From Styela clava (Eukaryota): a stretch of 64,000 nt of DNA. The notes under the pieces were generated by a model that was given only the letters and a program-made list of their open reading frames with translations, made no database searches and was not told the origin of the DNA. The stretch is from assembly GCF_964204865.1 (NCBI RefSeq), contig NC_135261.1, positions 10,664,001-10,728,000 on the forward strand, written 5' to 3'. The translations under genes were made by a program, and so were the position numbers. Shown here in pieces: positions 40,549 to 54,300 of this stretch (position 1 is its first letter; every line of letters begins with the position of its first letter).

Positions 40549-43197
40549 TTATATACATCTGACATATCTGAAGCATCCGTCATACTTGACAATGCGGTAG
40601 GATTTGTACGTGCTGAAATAGGATTATGTTAAACAGGAAAAACTCTGATTCAATTCAATTACAAAACTAACTAAGACTTACCAGAATTGCTTGTAAGCAA
40701 AGCAATAAGAAGAAGACGTGGGCAACACGCATCGATAATTATAGGTGATCTTAAGTTCTCGAAGTTGCACACAGTATGTACATTTGAATCCACAAGCATA
40801 ATGCTCCTTCAGATCACTGAGATGTTTCCCCCAGTCTTGTTCAATCTTGGTCACTATGTCGGTGTGTTCTTTCTTCGTTTTCTCTTCGTAGGCGTTGTAC
40901 AATTTTTGAGCTTCGTTGCCGAGTGGTTTGCCCATATAAAATTCAAGCAGTTTCAAATACTGTTCCGTTCTGAGTTGGGCAATCTAAACATTTTTGCAAG
41001 AATTATATAAATATAAATACATATTTTAAACAAAATGTCACGCTGTCAACCTTTTCCAATCTCTCTGTAATGCATTTCAGTCTTCTTTCAAACCGTTCCG
41101 ATAAGCACTTTACATAGCTTTCGATCTTTGTATTTCTGGTAGATAGGCATGTTGCATATTGTGCAACATATTTGGCAATTCGCTCATTGAGCCTTTGCTC
41201 GTGGCAACCAATCATGTCAGTGTATGCCTTGGAAGCGCGAGAAAGGCGCTCCCCAAGCTTTTTTTCATACTCTGCAATCGCTTTTTTCTTTTGTTCGTCC
41301 AATGATTTCTGATATTCTTCTAGGGAAGTCAAGTTATCTGCTGTGATGCAATTGTTTCTGGAAATATAAAGAGCAACTGAGCCAAATGTCATCTTATGAT
41401 ATACTTATTCACCGTGACACTTACTGTACTAAGTAATTTGCTTTATAATACAATATCAGACATTTGTGTCTCTCATCAACAATCTTTTTGAAAGACTCCA
41501 ATGCCTTCTGATTAGTTATTTTTGCTTGCGCATACCAATCATCATATGTTTTCTTCATGGATTCAATTATTGTCTTAGCTTTATTATCAAGGTCTTCTTT
41601 GAATTTTTGTTCGGTGATATTAACTTCATCTTAAGTGTAATAAAAACATTAAATTCAGTGAAACATAAAGACAATTGAGCAAACGTTTTAGGACTTGCAC
41701 TAACCGGTTACACATTTTTTCAGCTCCTTGTATTTGATTGTCCTGTATTGAAATTTGTAGGTCAAGAAACGGAAGCAACTTCTTTGGGTAGTAATTTTGT
41801 ACGTCCACCATTTCCCGATACTTCGACTATAAAGAAAAAACCAAGAGTAGAATTATATTGATATATACTATTTACCTGCCATTTATTTATAATTACCAAT
41901 TGGTGTAAAATTGACTTCTGCCAAAACAGAGAGTTCCGCCGTATGCGCACTGATAAGCGCATGCGTAGCTTTTTACAAGTTCTCCGATAGCTGCAGTTAG
42001 CTTCGCGGTGTATTCGTCCAACTGTGTTTGATATGATAAAGTTTCTTTAGTTTTGAAAGCCTCCAAAACTGCATTAACGTCTGCTCCGTTCCAATCTTCA
42101 GAACCTAAATGTAAAGTTCCATTATGAATAAAAGTATGTGCAAAATTCGAAAGAATAGAAAAAACTTACAATGGGCTCTGTATATGAGTTTTTGGAACAC
42201 TTCAGATCTTTGTTTTACGATGGCTTCCATGACACATTTATATTTTGTCTCATACTCTGTCACGCGCTTTTCGAGAGCTTTTTTGTATTCTTCTATTTTA
42301 GCTAAACGAGTGTTGAAGCATGTAACAGACCTGAAATAAGAAAGGTTCGAATTTTTTGTTCTCTTGTAAACGAACTTTTGAACTTACAGTAACACACCTC
42401 TCGACAAGTTTTTTGTGATATTCCTGCACACAAGCGAATCTTTTCTGCATGTCATCGTTATAATTTTTTTTTGCTTCTTCCAACAATGAATCTAGTTTTG
42501 TATTATAATTTTCAATAGCCTTCTTGTTGGTCTCCTTCATTTCTTCTGACTCTTCCTGCAATCCCGTAATTCTAAAAATTCACGATGTTAGTAATTTGAG
42601 TAAGAAAAGAATACGTAAGAAAGAATTGTAAGAAGAAATACAAACTTCAAATACTGCTTTGCATATTCCTCGATAGCGTCTTCGTGCTTTGTCTTTGCCT
42701 CGGTATTTTGATTTGTTGCAGTTTCAACCCAATCCCCCTTTTTTTGTTGCATATCAAGATATATTTTATCGGCCACTTCTTTCAATTGTTTTTCAACTTC
42801 AGTTTCAAAAACGGCCACCGTCATCTCTATAATACAAAAAATCATGCCTCAAAATGTGTGTTTCTCAAATTATTCAGAAAAACATACAATTCAGAATTAC
42901 CTTCGAATCCATCCTCTGTGCATTTCTCTCCTGGATAGCTCTTCAGAACATTAGAGTAATATTTCGTTGTGAACCAAGCAGGACAGTAGTAGCTTCGGAA
43001 ACTGTAGCATCCGTAATTGATTCGGTAAAATTGTCCGACATTGTAAGTAACATATCCACAATGACTCGGTTGGTATAGAGCGGCATTGGCAACCTGTAAA
43101 CATTATAATTTAGGCAAAATTGATAAAAAGAAACGAAGGGCACTATTTATCAAATACTTACGGCCAAACAGCCTAGAAGTAACAATAAAATCTTCAT
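40549..43197 (-). CDS. Same 11-exon secreted helical Cys-rich protein, copy 6
   Basis: Colinear with copy 4, frame intact; private changes KCLITYY>KCLILYY and TRKTK>TRNTK. Confidence 0.87.
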
Positions 43198-45991
43198 GAT
43201 CGTCTTTATTCAGGTTGTTGAACAACGACTTGTCGAATCCCTGTTGTGCGCTTGTATATATGGGATTTCTTCCCTCTCTTCAAAATCCAAGTACCAGCTC
43301 CTTTATGTTTTAATGTTACTTTAGTGAGCTCTTATCTCGACCACAATGATTGAAATTGTCAGAAGCGCAACAAATGTTTACCTCGAATCGCTATGCCGTA
43401 GTTATAACAGAAAGTTCAGTTTATTTCATTTAAATCTTCCATCATTGTGCATTTAGTAAAAAGGTAATTGTTAATTAATCTTTTTATTGTGAAGTACATT
43501 ATTTTTCAACTAATAAGATACCACTTCGACATAGCTATTCACTTCATCAGTACGCATTGTTTATATAAATATAACTTCAGGGTTGAAGATAGTTAGTCAA
43601 TAGCTATTACATCCAATTGAACAGCATTACTAAAAAAATAGAAGTTTTTCAACAACACTTTATTTTTATTATTCACTCTTTGGTATACGCATACAATTGT
43701 TTTAACAGCAAAATGTACGACTTTTGAATCATAGATTGATTGACGTTCTCATGCTTGACAGCGTCAATCAATCAGAAAAATTTCCTGATCATATAAGCAT
43801 TAACAATGTATCTGGAATAGCCATAATGAATGAACACTGTAATATGAGTTATTCGAACATGGATTGTGCACACGAAGAATATTTCACTCGTTGTCAGTGG
43901 TATTGGAGTTGGGAATTATCTTTTCACCTCCAAAATGATAAATCGGAAATTGGTGTAGAATACTCCAATTAATTTAAAAATGAATTTTATGTTCTGTTTA
44001 ATTGCTGGCATTTAAACATATATATATCTAACGCCAACGACAACCTCTAAATGAAAAGATAACGATTGTATTAATATCGGGATCGACACAAAACAGGATT
44101 ATACAGAACTCGACGACGTTCGTCGACAACACCAATAAAGTCGAAATATCCAGTTTCATAACGTTTCGTCATAGGTCTCAAAGTCGAAAATTTTATTTCC
44201 GAATTCGGAATTCTCAAAACATTTGAATCCTACTTCAATATGATAAAGTTGGAAAGTACTAAATATTTTTAGTGTATTTCCATCATATTCAAAGCAAAAC
44301 ACAAAATGTTGAGTTATAAATTATATTTTTAATCAAGAGCTGTCATATCCGTATAAATAATATCACAAATAAACCATTTGTTTTTGACGAAGCACTTATA
44401 TCCTTATGTTAGAACAAGCAGTTTATTTTGAATATTCGTATGCAAGTAAAACGTTGATGTTTCGATAGATTGATTGACGTTGTCATTCTCCGAGAATACT
44501 GAATCCCAAAAGAATATTTCAACTACTTACCTAGCATCTAGTGGACAGTTTCATATCGGGCGCCTTTAAATATATGGACTTCAAGATATTTTTTTGTAAT
44601 TCGAGACAAATTTCCAAACATCATCAATATTTCCCGGATTCTCCTCATGCATAAATATTTCTATTTCTGAAAATATTCAATATGCTAATGTGCAGCTCGA
44701 CTTTTGACGCGCGTCAAATATTGTTTGACAACGTCAATCAAACTAAACATGTCATTGTTTAGATAATAGATGCTCAAAAATTGTAAGCAAAACAATGTTT
44801 GTGATTACACCCTGTAGGAAGTGGATAATTGAGAACCGAAGATCAGCCATCATCAGAATTTGTTAAAACTCGTCAGTTGTCAAATATCATATTAATTAAA
44901 AGGCTATATCATGATATTAGTTCATGAAATGGTTTATTTTTACTGCCTAATAACCGGTAACCAAGACTGAAACAAGCAAATTAAATTCAGAGGAAACCCT
45001 ACAGACGACGATCAATCTGTTGAGGTAGCTTTGCTCGTACTGGAGAGCCTGCTGATGGGTTAGAAAACTCTCTTGGAGATTTTCCTGACTGGTAACAGTA
45101 TTCGTCACCATCAATGACAAAGCGGTATCTCGAAAGTATCCTCGAAACAATTTTCAGGGGATGAATCATGATTTTGATTAAGGTGAACTTATGATGAATA
45201 ATTTGCCAATAATTAAATCATGAATTGAAATACATATTTATAACTGAACGTATTTGCAATCGTAGAGGTAGAAATTAATAACATACATATATTCAATTTA
45301 GAAAAAAAAAGGTTATGACCAACATGTCCTCATAATATCCTGAGCATCATTTTTTTTATCGTCACTTTTCAATTCCCCAAGTTTTACGTTAACTTAAAAT
45401 AACCAAATCGGTCTGACTTTAGCACATTGTAGGGGAAAGGCAGGTTAGTTGATGCTGTAGTTTAGATGATACAGCGCTTCTCACGGCCGTGCAATGCACT
45501 TTAAGAAACTAATGCGCCACCTGGTGTTTGGCTAGAATATGATCTTCCTTTCTGTTAGTCGTCTGACGATGTTGGTTGCAGCACGTGTAAAATTTTCGAA
45601 AAAAATCAATTTTTGAGATCTGGAGTGAAAACGTCAAATCAAGGTAAATTGATTATTTTTTCAGGCATTATAAATGAGCGATGCAAGCGAGTATTTCCTT
45701 GCAGTAGTGTATGATATCGCTTACATAACAGCCTACATGTTTCTGGATACTGATTTGATTTCTTCCCACTACGGGCCTTTTTTTCAAAATGGCCACAGGT
45801 TGACTAGTTGATACAATCGTGGTTCCATTAGTTGATACGTGTATCGACTAACCCTGTTATTTATTCCATGTATTTTTTTAGCATATTTTTCAGCAAATAT
45901 ATTTTCAGACTTTCTTTTAACCGGCTTTTATGGTTTGCAGCATTGTCAATATTTTTACGCTGCCAATATTGTTTTCAACGTATTTTAGGTG

Positions 45992-47301
45992 ATGCCTCAG
46001 TTCTAGAGAAGAAAAACAAACAGAGCCATAAGAACTCCCCCGGATGTGATGTCGAGGGCGGCTGACGATGTTGTTCGCGGGCGATCATTGAGGAGTGTAG
46101 CTGAAGCATTTGGCATCGATAAAATGACTTTGTCTCGTTTTATAGCCAAGCGCAAAAATAATCCTAACGCAATTACAGGTTACGCTGCTGTTGCTCATGC
46201 ACATTATGTTATTCCTCAGCAAATGGAAGAAGATCTGGGAAATCATGTCAAACGATTGGCCGACATGTTTTTTGGACTCTCTCTTGAAACAGTGTTGTAA
46301 ACTAGCTTATGAATTTACATTTCAAAACCAGCTGTATATGCCATTGTCTTGGAAAATCAACAAAAAAGCGGGAAAAGCTTGGTGGCTAGGGTTCAAAAAA
46401 CGACAAAATCTTTCCATACGGACTCCAGAGGCAACTTCACTCGGAAGGGCGACTGCATTTAATCGTCACACGGTTGGTGAATTTTTCGACAACTTAGCAC
46501 AGGTCATGGATGTGGACGATTTTCACCCTGAAGATATTTACAATCTCGATGAAACCGGGTGCACCACTGTTCAAACCCCATCTGATATTGTTACAGCCAA
46601 GGGTAAAAAACAAGTGGGTGCAGCTACGTCTGCTGAGCGTGGTGAACTGGTTACGGTAGTCTACACCATCTGCGCCTCTGGTAATGTGCTTCCACCTATG
46701 TTTATATTTCCGCGCGTAAACTTCCACAACCACTTTATCATTGAAGGGCCACCGGGCTGCATTGGACAAGCAACAAAGTCTGGCTAGATTAATGAAGAAC
46801 TTTTTCTCGTTTATCTAGAACATCTGGTGCGCCAGACTCGTTGTACTCCCGAAAGAAAAATTCTTTTGATTTTGGATAACCACGAGTCTCATATTTCTTT
46901 ACGTGCTGTTGAGATGGCAAGATCCAATGGAGTAGTTATGCTTACTTCACCACCTCACACATCTCATCGATTGCAACCGCTTGATAAAACGGTGTATGGT
47001 CCTTTCAAAGCCAGTTATAACAGAGCGATGGAGAGTTGGCTACGTAGTCATGCTGGGAAAACTGTTACAATATATGATGTTCCTGGCATTGTAAAAGAGG
47101 CTCAAATGTCAGCAATGACATCGAGGAATATTCTATCTGGATTTCAAAGCACTGGGATATACCCTTTCAATCGCGATATTTTTACTGATGCAGATTTTGC
47201 AGCTGCAACTTTAACGGACCGAGAAGTCGTTGGCGTTGATCGTAATGAACCAGGACAGTCCTCAAAATGCACGGATCCACTGACCCCATGCTGTAGTACT
47301 G

Positions 47302-47337
<36 letters not shown>

Positions 47338-48037
47338 CTGAAAATCGTTGCACTCCTAAACCGAGGGTTGATGAATCAGCGTTTCAGTTACAGAAAACGG
47401 GCAACCCAGATCCCGACTTATCAAATTCTTGCTCGTCGTACGTATCGCCAAGCGAGATTCAAAAAATCCCAAAAGCTCCACAAAGAAAGACCAAGCGCTC
47501 CCGAAAAAAGGAAAGACAAAGATTTTAACATCTACGCCTGTATTAAAAGAGATTTCCCTAGAGAATGAAAAAAGAAAGAAAAACAAGATATGCAGTTCGA
47601 GAAAAAAACTTTTCGCTACAAAAAATAGGAAAGTTCGCCCCCACAATACTAGCAATAGTTCAGAAGAGGAGCGTGCTGTTGTTAGATATGATGATACGAC
47701 TGATGAAGATGAATTATCTGCAGAAGAAATTATGGAAGGTGATTACGTGGTTGTCAAAGTTGACGGGAGATCTAGAAATGTACATTACATCGCTCGTATA
47801 GATTTGCTGGAAGATAATGAGTATGAGGGAGTTTTTCTAAAGAAAGTTTCTAGTCGAGTTTCTGTCGAAGGAGAGCACACTGGTTTTGTATTTGTTCCAA
47901 ATGAAGATGATGGGGCTTCATTCTCGCATGAGGACATAATATGCAGACTACCTCAGCCAACAATTCTTGCAGGATCAGCTCGGAGATGTGTTCGACTTAA
48001 ATTTGATTGCGATTTGAGTAAATGGAATGTAAATTAG
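45992..48037 (+). pseudogene. Disrupted pogo-like transposase (N-terminal HTH, CENP-B-like region, DDE_1 catalytic domain)
   Basis: Motifs SLRSVAEAFGIDKMTLSR, AGKAWWLGFKKRQNLSIRTPE, YNLDETG, LILDNHESH and HTSHRLQPLD..YGPFK (35 residues between the last two Asp), plus KKGKTKILTSTP. Lesions: TAG at 46004, frameshift ~46290, SG*IN at 46785 (expected SGWIN), frameshift ~47505. Confidence 0.92.
47295..47344 (+). mobile_element. Poly(A) insertion flanked by direct repeat AGTACTGAAAA (likely tail-only retroposon insertion with TSD)
   Basis: agtactg-(A)33-gtactgaaaa; net addition 39 bp, in frame (STEKKKKKKKKKKKSTEN). Confidence 0.6.
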
Positions 48038-50143
48038 AGGTTGTCTACCACCATCCAGCAAACCATTTCGTTAAATGAGTTATTTGTTCTTTTTTATTTT
48101 TTTTGCCGCCGTTTCTGGTGAAACTTTCTCTCTCGTTCTTTTGAAACAAGTTATAAGTGATATTTGTGCCTCGTTCCATTTCATTTTTGGAGTAATTGCC
48201 TGCTTTTAAAAACTTTATGCAGAGTGTATCAACAAAACTACCACTGCGCATCAAGTAACCTTACCAGGCAGGATATTTGATACGTTTGACAAGAAAACTT
48301 TAGCGACTGTAAGCGCTAAGTTAGGAAATGACTGAGAGCCCCATTTTGTGGTCATATGTGAGGGACCTATAAATGAATAAATAGGACAAACCAGAACGGC
48401 GATTATTCGAACGGTATTTTTTATGGATCAGTAAAACTAAATTATGTATCAACTTACCTGCCTCTCCCCTACAGTTATACTATCAACTGCCGAGCAGGAT
48501 AATGGTGTTTAGCACAACACCATCGTCGGCAATATATTGTGTGCAGGCATGCATCTTTCAAAAATCCCATATTTTATTTCACCAAAGACCAAAATTTGAT
48601 GAAAAATCCGATTTGTTAAAAAATCATCTAAATTAAGAAATGAAGCCCTAAAATTGAACATTTCATATGGCATTGAATTATTTTGCACAAATCCTGGAAT
48701 AACATAATATAAATATGTACGATTCATAACATGCATTAAGTGGGAAAACTGTTCTAATCATAAAATATTAAATAGCTGATCCCACCTTTGGGGGTAGCCC
48801 ACAGAATTTCTCTATTATTTCTCCTTTTTTTTAAGGGCTGATCCAAAGATGTCTAACTTGATTATCCGTTCATGTTGTAGTTTACAGGTGGCAAGAGTTA
48901 TAGCTTGCATATTCTAAAATCGTTTAAATCTTCTAAACCATTTCATGATTTTTTTACACGAAGTAACAACAAACCATGACTGGGAAAGTCTGCGAATCAA
49001 AGCTCCGGAAGGGTGAAATTGAGGGAAGGGTACGAGCAGGATATATGTGACTTGTGGGAAGGTATAGGATTCTGTATGGATTCAATACTGTTACCGACAA
49101 CAACAGATACCGTAGTTGATGTAGAACGGATCCACCGATTCACCGAACGGATTCGGACAGGCCGAACGGATTCACCGATTTTCACAACGAGTAATGCAAG
49201 ATCAGACTCTCAACATTCATTTATTTTTATTTTTTCCTGCCTGCTTTCACTTTTATGGTTGAACTTGAATGTCCTGGAAGAATAACTTATTATATTGATA
49301 ACTGATAATAATACGTCTTTTGGCTTAAATATATAATTTAATTACCTCATTAATTAATTACCTTTTCTTTAATGTACTTTATTTCAGCTATCTGAGAATC
49401 ACTCTACAATACATGAACTAACAACCTCTATTGACTTGAATAAAATACACGCAGTCAATACATCTTGCTATATGAAATCCTATTTCATAAATATATATAC
49501 CAAATAGGCTATTATGGATGCTTACCTGCCCTTTCACCCCAATTAATTCATTTATATATTTTACCATATTTCCATGCATATTTTGAGGTTGTTTTTTCGA
49601 GTTGCGCCTAAAAGTGGTTTGCGTGTTTAAAACTATAATTTCACATGACATTTAACGGTATTAATTCCGAATGTCAACCCAGGTAGATCCAAATTTTAAC
49701 TTCGTTCCATGACTCCAATATTAGGAAATCGTTGCGTCTTCAAAAAGTTTGGGTTACTACTGTTTGACGAATAAAGTTGAATAAAATCCAGAAAAACACA
49801 TTTAGTGTTACAACAACGTACAATGTTTTTGAAATTTGTTCCGGAGAATACAAGCAAACGAACAGTAACCCCAACACCTGTTTTGCATAGTCGTTCCCGA
49901 AGTTGGCGATTAATCATCAGTGGCTTTAAAAAACTATAATGACGTCATATTGGATATAACGCATTGAGCCAAATAAAAAAATACCGTTGTACTTAAGTTT
50001 TCAATTTGTAAACTGAATTCATTAAGATCGGATGCCCTTGATTCTTCTGATTATATTCTCCAAGTTTTTGTTACTCTAAGTTTAGGTAATGTTTCCTAAT
50101 TATCAATAAAATACCAGTCTTTCGAAACAGGAATGTACTAGAG

Positions 50144-50992
50144 CAGGGGTCAGCCTACGGCCCGAGGGCCAGATCCTGTCCGCGGAGTAAAATAATCCAG
50201 CACGCGATTCTTTACTGAATTATAGAAATCGGCTGTTTTGATGATTATATTCTTTACGTAACAGAATTTATTTTAAGTCACGTGTAGACTAATTTATACT
50301 ATAACCTAACAAGTAAATAAGTAGGCTACTCGTTTATTAATTATAATTAGACAAATGGCAACAAACCGCAGAATAGTTTATGCTAAGTGCAAAGGGTTCA
50401 ATGGCGCAGAAAATATTTAAATGAATTTTATTGAGATGAAGAAATAAATTTATATTCCTTTTTAAGAAATGTATCTTTGCTTGATTTTTATAAAAAAGTA
50501 TCTTCTTGAAAGAAAACCTTACCCCAATTTGAGTGACAAATCATGCGAATAACTTTCTATCGATGTTTGGAAGTACATATGTACGCGAACAATTATTTCA
50601 GAAAACGAACATTACAAAGAACAAGCTGAGAATTCGGATTAGTGATGCCCATTTATAAAATGTTTTTATCTTGGCTTCATTCAGTGTCCCATTCAGAAAA
50701 CGTTTCCCATTCAATGACGTTGAAAACGTATTAAGCGGGTTGCAACAAAAAGTGTCACATTAAATGTCATTTGTAATTTTTCTTCTCAAGTAAAACGATT
50801 AAGTTGAGTTCACGAGTTGTCGCAGTCTTCGCACGCTGCTTAAATCCTAAAATGTCAACATCTGATCTGATCAAAAAATTGCGATTAATCGGCCATACCT
50901 TCGGTTTTTAACTTTCAAAAAATATGTGACACCCAACAAGACTCGCAACCTTTAGTTTTGGTCCACGAGCGACAAAAGGTTGCCGACATCAT
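50144..50992 (+). mobile_element. Decayed hAT element, unit 6
   Basis: Copy of 6747-7595. Confidence 0.75.
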
Positions 50993-51651
50993 AAAGTTTT
51001 CTTATATGGTGCACAAATATCACCAGTATGTTATTAAGATATACTAATTGTAGAATTTGGCAATAATATGATTGTTCTGAGACATTCTTTTTAATATAAT
51101 TCCATTTCTCATCCAACATTTGTCATTTCTGAACCTAACAATTTGACCTGTATTTCCCATTTTGATTTCTTGTGCATCGCTCAGAGTTTCATCTCAAGTT
51201 ATCAATTTTTAGAAGTACAATTTCAATGAGAAGTTTGAAAGTATCGGTTGTGCTTTAATAGGGATTTGGGAAATAAATTTTCGGCACAACAGCTTTTTCT
51301 ACTATTTGCACCCTGGCGTTACCGGGTCGCAAATAAAGGGGGTTACAAGGAGTATGAAGCATGCATGTTGAAAAATAAAGCGCCTTGTGCTTTGCGAAGT
51401 ATGTAACTGATGTTATTGCGTGATACAATTTTACATGTAAATGTATAGAAATAGTGTTCAATCCACACGTACTTTCAAATCCCGGTCACCAAAGATGCCT
51501 CTAACCACATTATAACACTTCTATTTGCATTTGCTTAGAATTTATTGTCAATATCAGCAGATGGTAAAGGCAATTGGCATAAATTCATCAGCCTAATCTA
51601 AAACTAAGATATTTCCATGGTCGTTTGTCGTTCGGTTGATGTCGGCGGTGT

Positions 51652-54300
51652 TTATATACATCTGACATATCTGAAGCATCCGTCATACTTGACAATGCGG
51701 TAGGATTTGTACGTGCTGAAATAGGATTATGTTAAACAGGAAAAACTCTGATTCAATTCAATTACAAAACTAACTAAGACTTACCAGAATTGCTTGTAAG
51801 CAAAGCAATAAGAAGAAGACGTGGGCAACACGCATCGATAATTATAGGTGATCTTAAGTTCTCGAAGTTGCACACAGTATGTACATTTGAATCCACAAGC
51901 ATAATGCTCCTTCAGATCACTGAGATGTTTCCCCCAGTCTTGTTCAATCTTGGTCACTATGTCGGTGTGTTCTTTCTTCGTTTTCTCTTCGTAGGCGTTG
52001 TACAATTTTTGAGCTTCGTTGCCGAGTGGTTTGCCCATATAAAATTCAAGCAGTTTCAAATACTGTTCCGTTCTGAGTTGGGCAATCTAAACATTTTTGC
52101 AAGAATTATATAAATATAAATACATATTTTAAACAAAATGTCACGCTGTCAACCTTTTCCAATCTCTCTGTAATGCATTTCAGTCTTCTTTCAAACCGTT
52201 CCGATAAGCACTTTACATAGCTTTCGATCTTTGTCTTTCTGGTAGATAGGCATGTTGCATATTGTGCAACATATTTGGCAATTCGCTCATTGAGCCCTTG
52301 CTCGTGGCAACCAATCATGTCAGTGTATGCCTTGGAAGCGCGAGAAAGGCGCTCCCCAAGCTTTTTTTCATACTCTGCAATCGCTTTTTTCTTTTGTTCG
52401 TCCAATGATTTCTGATATTCTTCTAGGGAAGTCAAGTTATCTGCTGTGATGCAATTGTTTCTGGAAATATAAAGAGCAACTGAGCCAAATGTCATCTTAT
52501 GATATACTTATTCACCGTGACACTTACTGTACTAAGTAATTTGCTTTATAATACGTTATCAAACATTTGTGTCTCTCATCAACAATCTTTTTGAAAGACT
52601 CCAATGCCTTCTGATTAGTTATTTTTGCTTGCGCATACCAATCATCATATGTTTTCTTCATGGATTCAATTATTGTCTTAGCTTTATTATCAAGGTCTTC
52701 TTTGAATTTTTGTTCGGTGATATTAACTTCATCTTAAGTGTAATAAAAACATTAAATTCAGTGAAACATAAAGACAATTGAGCAAACGTTTTAGGACTTG
52801 CACTAACCGGTTACACATTTTTTCAGCTCCTTGTATTTGATTGTCCTGTATTGAAATTTGTAGGTCAAGAAACGGAAGCAACTTCTCTGGGTAGTAATTT
52901 TGTACGTCCACCATTTCCCGATACTTCGACTATAAAGAAAAAACCAAGAGTAGAATTATATTGATATATACTATTTACCTGCCATTTATTTATAATTACC
53001 AATTGGTGTAAAATTGACTTCTGCCAAAACAGAGAGTTCCGCCGTATGCGCACTGATAAGCGCATGCGTAGCTTTTTACAAGTTCTCCGATAGCTGCAGT
53101 TAGCTTCGCGGTGTATTCGTCCAACTGTGTTTGATATGATAAAGTTTCTTTAGTTTTGAAAGCCTCCAAAACTGCATTAACGTCTGCTCCGTTCCAATCC
53201 TCAGAACCTAAACGTAAAGTTCCATTATGAATAAAAGTATGTGCAAAATTCGAAAGAATAGAAAAAACTTACAATGGGCTCTGTATATGAGTTTTTGGAA
53301 CACTTCAGATCTTTGTTTTACGATGGCTTCCATGACACATTTATATTTTGTCTCATACTCTGTCACGCGCTTTTCGAGAGCTTTTTTGTATTCTTCTATT
53401 TTAGCTAAACGAGTGTTGAAGCATGTAACAGACCTGAAATAAAAAAGGTTCGAATTTTTTGTTCTCTTGTAAACGAACTTTTGAACTTACAGTAACACAC
53501 CTCTCGACAAGTTTTTTGTGATATTCCTGCACACAAGCGAATCTTTTCTGCATGTCATCGTTATAATTTTTTTTTGCTTCTTCCAACAATGAATCTAGTT
53601 TTGTATTATAATTTTCAATAGCCTTCTTGTTGGTCTCCTTCATTTCTTCTGACTCTTCCTGCAATCCCGTAATTCTAAAAATTCACGATGTTAGTAATTT
53701 GAGTAAGAAAAGAATACGTAAGAAAGAATTGTAAGAAGAAATACAAACTTCAAATACTGCTTTGCATATTCCTCGATAGCGTCTTCGTGCTTTGTCTTTG
53801 CCTCGGTATTTTGATTTGTTGCAGTTTCAACCCAATCCCCCTTTTTTTGTTGCATATCAAGATATATTTTATCGGCCACTTCTTTCAATTGTTTTTTAAC
53901 TTCAGTTTCAAAAACGGCCACCGTCATCTCTATAATACAAAAAATCATGCCTCAAAATGTGTGTTTCTCAAATTATTCAGAAAAACATACAATTCAGAAT
54001 TACCTTCGAATCCATCCTCTGTGCATTTCTCTCCTGGATAGCTCTTCAGAACATTAGAGTAATATTTCGTTGTGAACCAAGCAGGACAGTAGTAGCTTCG
54101 GAAACTGTAGCATCCGTAATTGATTCGGTAAAATTGTCCGACATTGTAAGTAACATATCCACAATGACTCGGTTGGTATAGAGCGGCATTGGCAACCTGT
54201 AAACATTATAATTTAGGCAAAATTGATAAAAAGAAACGAAGGGCACTATTTATCAAATACTTACGGCCAAACAGCCTAGAAGTAACAATAAAATCTTCAT
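51652..54300 (-). CDS. Same 11-exon secreted helical Cys-rich protein, copy 7
   Basis: Colinear with copy 4, frame intact; HEQRL>HEQGL. Confidence 0.87.

Larger units (their letters stand above)
45432..48469 (+). mobile_element. Full-length pogo-superfamily (Tc1/mariner-type, DD35D) DNA transposon, 3038 bp, inserted at a TA in unit 6
   Basis: TIRs GGGGAAAGGCAGGTTAGTTGAT (45432) and ATCAACTTACCTGCCTCTCCCC (ends 48469) match at 20 of 22. TA is duplicated at 45430-31 and 48470-71. The empty site cacattgTAcagtt is seen in units 1, 2, 3 and 7. Confidence 0.96.
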
